DNA of 64,000 nucleotides from Glycera tridactyla (Eukaryota): NCBI GenBank assembly GCA_965644265.1, contig OZ286474.1, positions 7,688,001 to 7,752,000 of the forward strand, read 5' to 3'. Shown piece by piece: positions 37,576 to 47,189 of this stretch (position 1 is its first letter; each line of letters starts with the position of its first letter). The notes under the pieces were generated by a model. It saw only the letters and a program-made list of their open reading frames with translations, ran no database searches and was not told where the DNA came from. The position numbers and the translations under genes were made by a program.

Positions 37576-40500
37576 AGGACAGGATTGAATTTCGCTGGAA
37601 CCTGAACCGGATGCACGGCGAGCCCAGCCTCCCTCAGTTCTTCCCTCGAAACCTTAAATCGAGACAGTTTATCCGGCATTACATTCAACACCCCAGGTAT
37701 ATGCACTGCTACAAAATCAATGTCATTGTATAAGGCAAAAAGCATTATATGCCTCATAATGCTCATCAACTTCCCATCTTTCGCCGTTCTCTTGTTAACC
37801 ACCTCCACCACCGCAATATTATCGCAATGGAATTGCACTCTCTTGTGTCTCAATGAATTCCTGAAAACCACCATCCCCACCAAAAGGGGAAAAAATTCAA
37901 GGTAAGCAATATTCTGTTCCATCCACTTGCCCTGATATTCAAGTTGAAACCATAAGTTACGATAAATAACTCCGGCTCCTAATTTAGAAGCATCAGAATA
38001 TATATGCTCATCTTCTTGCTTACCCAAAGTAATATTCCTCAGGAAAGAATATCCATTGTATCCCTCTAAAAATTCACTCCACATCAGCAGATCCAATTTC
38101 ACTCCTTCATTAAAAGGTATAAGAAAGGCAGGGTTCGAAAAACCTCTCATTGAATCGTACAACCTTCTCAGAAAAGACCTCCCTGAGTAGATAAGTGCCG
38201 TACACCAGTTAAGCTTTCCTACTAATGAACGCATAGTCCCAAAGGAACATGATTCGTCCGCTAATAACTGTTGGATCTGACCAGAATACTTAACCAGCTT
38301 GTCTCTAGGAATTCGAGCAAAACCTTTTTCCACATCAATTTCCACTCCTAAAAAGGACATAGTTTGACACTGGAGCTCAGTTTTCTTGGGACATAGGGGA
38401 AGACCTATGTCATGACACATGCTCTGAAATCTATGCAACTGATCCCAACATTCTTCGTAGGAATCAGCGACTATACAGAAGTCGTCGATCATTTGTGCAA
38501 TGTATGGAATTGAAAGTTTGTTATTGCAAATCCATTTAACTGCCCTTGAAAATCGTTCGAAAATCTTACATGAAGACCTACCCCCCATTGCAAGGCATTT
38601 GTTCACAAAGAAAAATGAACCAAGGCGTAGACCCATTAAATGAAAATCGTCAGGGTGGATAGGCACAATACGAAAAGCCGATTTTACATCCGATTTACAC
38701 AAAAAAGCCGTTTTACCAACATGGACAACGAAATCAACCACAGCTTGCACTGATGTATACTGTACCGTAGCCTCTGCATCAGGAATATTAGCATTGACTG
38801 ATAAATTATTGTACGGCGCGGACAAGTTATGGATAAGTCTATACGAGCCCGGTTCCCTTTTCGGCACCACCGAAATCGGTGAGACCTGTATATTGTTATA
38901 CGGTGGAACCACAAATGGACCAGCTATACGCCCAAGTTTCACATCATCAAATATTAGATTTTCTGCCGTATCCATGAATTCTTCTAAAGAGGGAGGGTTC
39001 CTTCCCCTATACCCAGGCGATAAGCCCACAAAACCAATACGAAAGCCATTCTTGAAGCCATCCACCAAATAATCCCGCTCACCTGCGTGATAGCCCTCCA
39101 AGTACTCATTGAGCCGCTGGTGATTTATTGGTGTCGCCACCTGCTGTAGGCTTACGTTTGAAATTGACTGGTTTGCATTCGCCGTACCGCCATCCCTGCA
39201 TGCATATAATGGGTGATTACCATGACAGGTCGGGCAGGCATGCTTAAAAATGCAGCTTGGGTATAAACAGCGTTTCCCACGAGCATTATACAGCTGGCAA
39301 AACCCTTTTTTAACCTTAGGCAAAGGAGAAGAATCACTTTTCTGACGATTATTATCCGAAACAACTTCCCCTTTCATGCACTTCTGATGTAAAACCACGT
39401 GAAAGGTTGCCCAAGAAAAAGGAACGGCCATTTGCGACCTCAAGCATCTGAAATTCTCATCGTACGCGATGAAGTCCCCACCTTTCGCAGCCATTTCTCG
39501 CACTTCATTCACATAAGTTAAAAGATCGCATCCCTCCTTTGCCTTTTGTTGTATCGACTTAAAGGGATGCTGGTTGTAAATAGCTTGGTAAATTAAAAAT
39601 GCTTGATCCCAGTCATGAATAGACTTAATAACCTTTTTTCTGCGTGCTAAAACAAATAAGCCAGTTTTTCCATCCACCCTATATTGCTGGTTAGCAATTT
39701 TAGCCGGTTGGAGCAGTTCAGCGAGCTCGATATACCTGTCCTGCCAGATATCGATTTTTGTTTGCAGCTCAATGTTGTAACCTATGGGAAGCCCCGCCGT
39801 AATGATAGGCCTAGATCCCGAATCATCCACCACTGCTGGGTCACCCAAACCAAAAACTGGCATACTACCAAATGGCGAAACCACATTTGCCGTGCTACCC
39901 ATACTACTCCCCAGATTCCTATACCCCATGTCTGACGCCGCACGGACAAAGGCATCAGCAGAAGCATGACCTCCAGCTGAAATATGTGCTCTTAAGTCTT
40001 CCAGATACTGAAAGAACACGGCCTGTTGAGGCATAGTCTGCCCCAGATTCGAACCACCACCCCCATGGCCAGGACCCAAAACATTATTGTGTGTCCCTGT
40101 ATTGACTCTAGGCTGAGTAGGACCTTGTGCCTGAAATTGACCACCAAAACTGGAGCTATTGCAGCTCGGAAATTGACCACCAAGGGTACCCAGGCGTGAC
40201 TGACCCGCTGCCGTAGCAAAACCAGTGTTAACTCCACTACCAAAAGGATCACTGCCGGTTTGTGTGACATTCGAAGAAACATTGCTGGAAATGCCTATGC
40301 CGTTCCTTGAAGTTCTATCATCCACATCCTGAGCGCTGGGACACACATTGTTCATAGTAGCATTAATATTGCAATTACCTTGATTAGAAGAATGCGGCTG
40401 CCGTACAGACGCTCCTCCAGATACACTTGAATTAGAAGATCGATCCATCGAATCAATTCTATCACGTATGTTCTGCATCGACTGAGTGAGCACGTTCATT

Positions 40501-41279
40501 TGCTGGTTAGCAACTTCCATCACATCCTGAAGATCTTGCCTAAGATCCAGCACAGACTGCCTATTAAATTGAGAAACATTAACATTAGCTGCATTGTTGT
40601 TCACTGTATTACAGTCATTAACACCCCATCCAAATGCAGAACTCGCTCTCCCAGCCGGAGGATTTGCCGTACCATTTCCGGTGACTTGATTATTATGAGC
40701 TCCATCCGAATTTATCGCGGCCGTACCTTGACCAGGTCCCATCCCAGACGGAAACGGATTCGCTACCGGTCTACCAATACCACCCAGAACATGTCTATCT
40801 CTGAGAGAACAAGCCGCAGACGCATGCTTTTGGAGATGACTTAATCTAGTTCCCAAACTAGGAGTTCTAGAACTAGGGCCAAAGCCTGACCCTGACGACT
40901 CTTGGCTAACCGACGGTGGCTCCCCTTGTCCTGGTTGACCACATGGTATTTGTGAAAAATCCGAAGAACCCACCTGGGATGCACTGAACGCGCTAGGACC
41001 GGAATCACCTATCAACGATAGATACGGATCGTTGCTTGAAGCCTGGCCATCGATAGGCGTGAAAGTAAATTCATCCGGAGGCTTTCCCAGTGCCGCCGTT
41101 TTCTTTTTAGGCCTGTCATCCGTGTCCCAAGAATGCGCCCTTTTCGCCATGCTGTAACCAATGATAGGCATAGCGAAAGAAAAAGTCACACAAACACGAC
41201 AGTGATAATTACAACAACAAACACAACAAACAACAACAATAACAACAGCAAAGAACCATCCCACATAACACTTCCCCAC
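37560..41279 (-). CDS. Fused Gag - reverse transcriptase - RNase H polyprotein (first ATG at 41171, 1203 aa)
   Basis: Gag zinc finger CQLYN...C...C.FKHAC..C.G.H. RT: VVPKREPGSYRLIHNLS, SDVKSAFR, LAMG, MIDDF. RH: YSDAS, LEFFP, CDNIAVV, HIPGVLNVMPDKLSR. No methyltransferase domain seen. Confidence 0.95.
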   Translation of the reverse strand: MGKCYVGWFFAVVIVVVCCVCCCNYHCRVCVTFSFAMPIIGYSMAKRAHSWDTDDRPKKKTAALGKPPDEFTFTPIDGQASSNDPYLSLIGDSGPSAFSASQVGSSDFSQIPCGQPGQGEPPSVSQESSGSGFGPSSRTPSLGTRLSHLQKHASAACSLRDRHVLGGIGRPVANPFPSGMGPGQGTAAINSDGAHNNQVTGNGTANPPAGRASSAFGWGVNDCNTVNNNAANVNVSQFNRQSVLDLRQDLQDVMEVANQQMNVLTQSMQNIRDRIDSMDRSSNSSVSGGASVRQPHSSNQGNCNINATMNNVCPSAQDVDDRTSRNGIGISSNVSSNVTQTGSDPFGSGVNTGFATAAGQSRLGTLGGQFPSCNSSSFGGQFQAQGPTQPRVNTGTHNNVLGPGHGGGGSNLGQTMPQQAVFFQYLEDLRAHISAGGHASADAFVRAASDMGYRNLGSSMGSTANVVSPFGSMPVFGLGDPAVVDDSGSRPIITAGLPIGYNIELQTKIDIWQDRYIELAELLQPAKIANQQYRVDGKTGLFVLARRKKVIKSIHDWDQAFLIYQAIYNQHPFKSIQQKAKEGCDLLTYVNEVREMAAKGGDFIAYDENFRCLRSQMAVPFSWATFHVVLHQKCMKGEVVSDNNRQKSDSSPLPKVKKGFCQLYNARGKRCLYPSCIFKHACPTCHGNHPLYACRDGGTANANQSISNVSLQQVATPINHQRLNEYLEGYHAGERDYLVDGFKNGFRIGFVGLSPGYRGRNPPSLEEFMDTAENLIFDDVKLGRIAGPFVVPPYNNIQVSPISVVPKREPGSYRLIHNLSAPYNNLSVNANIPDAEATVQYTSVQAVVDFVVHVGKTAFLCKSDVKSAFRIVPIHPDDFHLMGLRLGSFFFVNKCLAMGGRSSCKIFERFSRAVKWICNNKLSIPYIAQMIDDFCIVADSYEECWDQLHRFQSMCHDIGLPLCPKKTELQCQTMSFLGVEIDVEKGFARIPRDKLVKYSGQIQQLLADESCSFGTMRSLVGKLNWCTALIYSGRSFLRRLYDSMRGFSNPAFLIPFNEGVKLDLLMWSEFLEGYNGYSFLRNITLGKQEDEHIYSDASKLGAGVIYRNLWFQLEYQGKWMEQNIAYLEFFPLLVGMVVFRNSLRHKRVQFHCDNIAVVEVVNKRTAKDGKLMSIMRHIMLFALYNDIDFVAVHIPGVLNVMPDKLSRFKVSREELREAGLAVHPVQVPAKFNPVLCKHW

Positions 41280-41281
41280 TC

Positions 41282-42073
41282 TCAGTCAAGGGGACCCTTC
41301 ACTCTGAAGTCCCGAACCACACGGCCCAAACCAGGTAGACAATCCAGAAGGGCTTGCCTCAGCTCATTCGTATATCTCTTGAAAAATCTGGTCCCTTTTA
41401 CAGGCAAAACCCCGTCCGGAGCCCAAAATTTGACCAATGAGGGTACCCCAGGCTCTAGCCTACCGAACCCCCTTGTCCTGTGGTACTGAAAACCGAAATT
41501 CTCCTCACAAAGAAGTTCCAATTGGTTATTGAAAGCGAGAGCTCTCTGCCTAAAATTAGGCAAACCATCCGTCCTATCCAAACATGCCATGAAGCATACA
41601 AACTTGGCATTGCCATCCCTCCGTAAGCGCAAACCCAAGTTAAACAGTTCAACAGCCACCTCGTGAGGGTCATTGACTTCACATGCAAGGTCATAACTTC
41701 CCAGGTCCAAAAGTAGGACATCAGGACAAAGCGCAGCCATAGCTAGCTCCTCGTCCCTAATATCACAATCCCCTGCATACTCCCTGGCATACTGACAGAA
41801 CCTGAAATCAACACCCGAATACGTATCAGAAAGAAAAAGCAATTTAGCATTGGCCGTGCCACGAGACAACGTGCCGTTACCTATCTCAGTATGCATGCCT
41901 TCCTCCGTAATAGCTTCCCAAAGAAATTCATCCTGTAATCTCATGAAGCTATGTCCCAAAACCGCCGCCCTAGGCTGTCTACCCAACCAATGGGAGATTG
42001 GAATGTAAGGACACTTAGGCCTGAATGCCATAACCTCTGGTTCCCCAATCATAAGTAAGAAACGTGCGTTCAC
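41282..42073 (-). CDS. SGNH-like hydrolase ORF of the YR element (first ATG 42052), non-canonical active site
   Basis: AVLGHSF (block I), LDLGSYDL (block III-like), PDGVLP (block V-like, His absent); uninterrupted 263 codons. Confidence 0.75.
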   Translation of the reverse strand: MNARFLLMIGEPEVMAFRPKCPYIPISHWLGRQPRAAVLGHSFMRLQDEFLWEAITEEGMHTEIGNGTLSRGTANAKLLFLSDTYSGVDFRFCQYAREYAGDCDIRDEELAMAALCPDVLLLDLGSYDLACEVNDPHEVAVELFNLGLRLRRDGNAKFVCFMACLDRTDGLPNFRQRALAFNNQLELLCEENFGFQYHRTRGFGRLEPGVPSLVKFWAPDGVLPVKGTRFFKRYTNELRQALLDCLPGLGRVVRDFRVKGPLD

Positions 42074-42119
42074 CTCAAAATCTAAGCTGAGAGTGGGACG
42101 AGATCACGTGGTGACCCGC

Positions 42120-42126
42120 TTTTATA
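42120..42126 (-). promoter_or_regulatory. Candidate TATA box of the YR element
   Basis: TATAAAA on minus ~70 nt upstream of the first ATG of the SGNH-like ORF, followed by CACGTG. Confidence 0.4.
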
Positions 42127-42353
42127 TTAGCAATCAGCAGCGCCCCCATAGCTCACAAACTACTAAATCAATAATATTTTTTGGTCAAAAACAAATCATG
42201 AATAATAATTCAATACAATATGAATATTCAAAGTCACAGAAATAATAATTTAAAGCGCCGTATCAATTTAGCGAAACTAAGAGTCTCACCCGGCGCGAGA
42301 GCTAGGCATTCCCCTAAACACGTTTCTATTCGTTCATTCCAAAAATACATTTC

Positions 42354-43050
42354 TTAAGAAATATCATTTTCGGGTCCAAATAGGTGACATTGAAGGACGT
42401 CTGTTTTTCTGAGGGCGGTACCTAGTGTATAGTTCAGTTTGTTTATTACTGTCACAACCAACGGCTCATTTTTTTCTTGTTCTATTCCATCAATTATGAT
42501 GACATTTTTTCTCTCACTAATTTCAAGATGTTCCACTCTTACATTCTGTTTGGCTATGACCACGTTTTGTTTAACGATGATGTCTTTATGTTCATCTATC
42601 TGTGCTTGTAAGGCGAGAATAAATAGATGGTCGGGGGTCAATTCAGTGTGAGCTGCTACCTTATTTTCATTTATTTTGTCAAGTTTGTTACCGTTTATGT
42701 TTATTTTCTCATCCAACTCATCAAAGACTTTGATTAGGCTGTCATTTTTGCATAAAAACTACCTTTGACTTCACCTATTATTTCGCCCTTTAGACCTTGA
42801 ACCCGCGATGCATCGATCAATTGTTTTTTCCCTGACGATTGTAAGTGTTCTGGAGGTTTGTCAGAGTCATCCCTCTTCATCGTTGGGTCAAGAGTCTGTA
42901 ACTGTTTATCTATTTGCGACGTTGACGGGAAACCAAGGTCAATGTCCTGACCAGGTGTTGTGTTCATTTCCGAAGTAGCACCGTCACCCGGGGGTGATAG
43001 CTGACCTAGAGGTATGATCGGTGTGAGCTGCTCGTTATGCCCTGTTTACA
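42354..43050 (-). pseudogene. N-terminal part of interrupted ORF1 (low complexity, coiled coil, start of RRM)
   Basis: Heptad-like LQAQIDEHKDIIVKQNVVIAKQNVRVEHLE, then ERKNVIIIDGIEQ (equivalent of RR.NI.I.GIPE) and DVLQCHLFG; one frameshift near 42750. Confidence 0.8.
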
Positions 43051-43419
43051 CATACGTGGTCATGACTCGGCTTTGACACGGGTGTGCTGATAGCTGAACC
43101 CGTCAGTCGCCCTGCTCAGAGGTGCTGTCAAAAAGTAGGTCAGTTTCACACGAATTTGATCCGACAGTCACGACACGGTTTTGTACATGCTTTCCGTACA
43201 GGCAAGACAAGGTTGTGAGCTGGTTATCATAGGTTCACACACGGTAGTGACAAGGTTCCCGTATGTCTCAACAAGACCCCACACTGGTACGACCGGGGCT
43301 TGGCATGATCAGACCAAGGTGGACAAGGGTAAGATACGAGTATAGGGGGACATGTGGCAGGATTGGCACAGGCATGAGACGGGATTGGGAGAGGCTTGAT
43401 GAGGGTTTGACGAGGGATG

Positions 43420-43887
43420 GATGGATAATGATGATGACGACAACTGCGACAAAGTTGACAACTGATAATCATGATGATAACGACGATGGTGATGGTTGGG
43501 GCAGTGGTGGTGGCAGTGATAATGGTGACGGTGGTGGCAGTGGTGGTGGTGGCAGTGACAATAATGGCNNNNNNNNNNNNNNNNNNNNNNNNNNNNNNNN
43601 NNNNNNNNNNNNNNNNNNNNNNNNNNNNNNNNNNNNNNNNNNNNNNNNNNNNNNNNNNNNNNNNNNNNNNNNNNNNNNNNNNNNNNNNNNNNNNNNNNNN
43701 NNNNNNNNNNNNNNNNNNNNNNNNNNNNNNNNNNNNNNNNNNNNNNNNNNNNNNNNNNNNNNNNNNNNNNNNNNNNNNNNNNNNNNNNNNNNNNNNNGGG
43801 GCGGGGAAGAGGAGAATGTCTGCCCATCTGTCCATCCATCCATCCATCCCTCCATGTATCCATCCAGCCATTCATCCATCCATGTAC
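43420..43887. repeat. (GAT/GGT)n and (CCAT)n microsatellites around N blocks
   Basis: Directly visible. Confidence 0.9.
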
Positions 43888-44122
43888 NNNNNNNNNNNNN
43901 NNNNNNNNNNNNNNNNNNNNNNNNNNNNNNNNNNNNNNNNNNNNNNNNNNNNNNNNNNNNNNNNNNNNNNNNNNNNNNNNNNNNNNNNNNNNNNNNNNNN
44001 NNNNNNNNNNNNNNNNNNNNNNNNNNNNNNNNNNNNNNNNNNNNNNNNNNNNNNNNNNNNNNNNNNNNNNNNNNNNNNNNNNNNNNNNNNNNNNNNNNNN
44101 NNNNNNNNNNNNNNNNNNNNNN

Positions 44123-46676
44123 AAAATGCCAGAGTTGGATCCGGTGGTGTTGCCATATTGGTCAGGAATAACATTCTAGATGAGTACTATGTGAAATCAC
44201 TTGATGGCACACATGAAGGTATCATTGTATTACAGCTTGAAAACAGATATAGCAAGTACAACCTGGCAGTCTTTTGTGCCTACCTGTCCCCAGAAATCAC
44301 TCACCATGGTAGGGACTCTGATGTATTTTTTGCTAGTCTTATGCAATTAGTGTACACGTTTGAATGCTGTGACCATATCTTCTTGAGTGGGGACTATAAC
44401 GCCAGAACAGGTAACCTGCAAGAGTTCATTGTCGGAGTAGACGAAATGTCTAACAGAGAAACCATAGACCCAACTGTCAATAAACATGGAGAGGCGTTGA
44501 TCCAATTCATGTCTGAATTGGAATTGGTCATAGTGAACGGAAGAAAAGGAAGAGGCACAAATGATTTTACCTCGGTTACCCCGAAAGGAGTATCAGTAAT
44601 AGACTATCATATCATAAATTCAGAAGCTCTACCACACGTTACCAGCTTTGATGTATTGAATGTGAATCAGCTCTGTGTCGACAGTAATATCAGCAGAGAA
44701 GGCAGAGTCTCAGATCACTCCATTCTAATGAGTGTTATTAAGCACACACACACACTGCCAGCAAATACAAACATACCAACAAATACCAAACATTCACCCA
44801 ACAAAACTCATGCAGACATACATATCCCAAGATACATCAGAAAACCGGTTGACATGCCTTTCCCAATTAGTAATGAAGCCGTAATTAAGTTTCTACCCAT
44901 AATTGACACACTACTGGAGAAGAATATGATCCAAGATGAAATCAACAGTACATACAAACAAGTATCCGCTATTCTACATGTAGAAATGGGAAAGATTTAT
45001 AAGGTCGCAAATGATAAGCTTGATGGTAAGAGACAGAGGTTTTTCCATAAACCGTGGTGGAATGATGATTTGAATGCCCTGTGTCAGGACTTGCGCTCTG
45101 CTGAGAAGTCGCTTAAAGATCTAAAAAAAAGCCAGAAAAAGCACTCTAAATGCCAGACGAAAGCTTAAACAAGCTCAGCATGTGTTTGACAGGAATGTCA
45201 GAAAATCAAAGCGTCTCTGGAACAGAGCCCAGGTCCTGAACCTAGACAAAGCCTGGGTTGCTGGGTGAATGAATACCTGAATAACAAGAAAACTGTGGAG
45301 GCATTAACATCAGCGGCTGGAAGATAATATGGAAGGATTATAAATATTTTTTTAAAAATCTCGGACATGGGACACAATACATATAACACCCTCATTGAAT
45401 CCTATGTCCTTCCAGTCGCGAATTATGGCTCCGCAGTTTGGGGTTTCAAAGACTTCCCCGGCCCCCAGGTGCTTCAGAACAGAATAATCTGATTCTACCT
45501 GGGTCTTCATAGATTCGCTTCTCTGGCTGCCACACACACAGAGATGGACACCATTCCCATGTCATTCCATAGGTGGACCAATATGCTGAGATATCACAAC
45601 CGAATCCTAAAACTCAAGGAACACAGAATTCCAAAGCTAATCCACCGGTGGAATAGTCAAACACCAGAAGCGGGATGGTTGTCAGATATCTTGAGGATAC
45701 ATGAGGAAATCGACCTCACATATAATCCTGATGCAATATTAAGTTTAGATGATATCACTGCCCGCCTTTATGATAAGGCAAGAAAGGACCGTCAGGAGGA
45801 GATCAGCGAAAAGCCCAAACTAAGATCCTATATTAAATTTTAAGATTTTGAGAACCCTTTAACCTTGGTCAAAGCTAACCTCACACGAAACCCACGATCG
45901 GTTGTTGCGAAACTACTATGTGGGGTTCTACCACTAGAGATCGAGACTGGAAGATATGTGGGAAAGAAGCCAGAGGAGCGGATCTGTAACATTTGTAGTA
46001 CGGGTGAGGTGGAGGACCAGGTTCACCTTGTCCTGAAGTGCCCGGAATTCAATCATGAAAGGGTTGATTTATTGGACAAAGCAGTTCTACCAGACAACTT
46101 TATCTCCCTCAATGATTTTGAGAAAATCAAAGCTCTATGTCAAGCCAATAATATGGTTCAGTTTGGCAGAAGCTTGGAATCAATGTTCATGAAACGCAGA
46201 GGAATTTTATTCCCTACATGCAATACTAAAGCATAACCGCATGTCCACCATACCCTACATGATACTCTTGTTTTGCGTTCAACGGTCAATGCTGATTAAT
46301 ATTTATGCATTCATACCAATTCATGTATTACCCGCTTATACCCATATTTACATATTTACATATTTACATTTACATATGCCTGTGTTTAATTATACCTACC
46401 TATTTATATATGTAAATATATATTTTGCCTAGGGATGAATCTATTCACCCAGACGGACCCCCCCCCCCTTATACACACAACTCACCTCCTAACTACCATG
46501 CAAACCCGTTCCGTACCCATCCCGAGTCTTATATTCGTATTAATGAAAGTAGGCTACCGAGTCCTATAGACCCACCAAGGGCCGGAAGTCATAAAAAAAA
46601 CTCATTCTGTATAATGATCATGTATTGACTTATGACTCGTTAATAAACTCATGTTATGTTATGTTATGTTATGTTA
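44123..46676 (+). mobile_element. Internally deleted LINE (RTEX/L1-Tx1-like C-terminus): APE, no RT core, zinc knuckle, (ATGTT)n tail
   Basis: APE: GGVAIL, GDYNARTG, IDYH, SDHS. Post-RT LGCWVNEYL and VLPVANYGSAVWG. LEIETGRY...CNIC...EDQVHLVLKC knuckle. AATAAA plus tail at 46642-46676. Confidence 0.88.
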
Positions 46677-47189
46677 TATATATATATATATATATATATT
46701 AACGATGAATGCATGAATAAGTAAATGAATGGATGATAGATAGATAGATGATTAGATTTGGTATGTCTTAAACCCTCTCCATACCTGTGTCATGCCCGCG
46801 TCATTCCCATGCCATGACCATGTTAAACCTCTACCAAGGCTATCACAGACCCTTCTCATACATTTCTCTCGAAATCAATCCATGGGCATGAGACAGGTGT
46901 CTGGCGTGCGTGAGAGGGCATGAGGCAGGCACATGAGGGCATGAGAGAGGCATGAGGTGTGCTTGCCAAGGGACATTTGCCTGTCTCCGGTTTTTTACTA
47001 CCCACTAAAAACCCAGACACAGGCAAATTGCCTGTGCGATACCTGTCTGTACATACAAGGGTATGACGTGGGTTCAGGCAGGGTATGACAAGGATATGAC
47101 ATGGGCATGAACCAGGCATGCAGGTATTGACACATTTCGACACATTTCAACACAGATATGACAGAATCACCTGAAAATAGGTGTCTGTA

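Larger units (their letters stand above)
35929..42363 (-). mobile_element. Tyrosine-recombinase retrotransposon (Ngaro/DIRS order), 6435 bp, apparently intact ORFs
   Basis: Three long ORFs (SGNH-like, Gag-RT-RH, YR). Flanked by TCATTTT at 35922-35928 and 42364-42370. Removal restores the host ORF1 frame (CHLFGPEN|EEEKPKSVRF). Confidence 0.9.

Noticed and set aside
41172-41279. Hydrophobic Val/Cys N-terminus of the 1239-aa ORF as a signal or TM segment
   Set aside because: It precedes the first ATG and derives from a GT-rich intergenic tract; probably untranslated.
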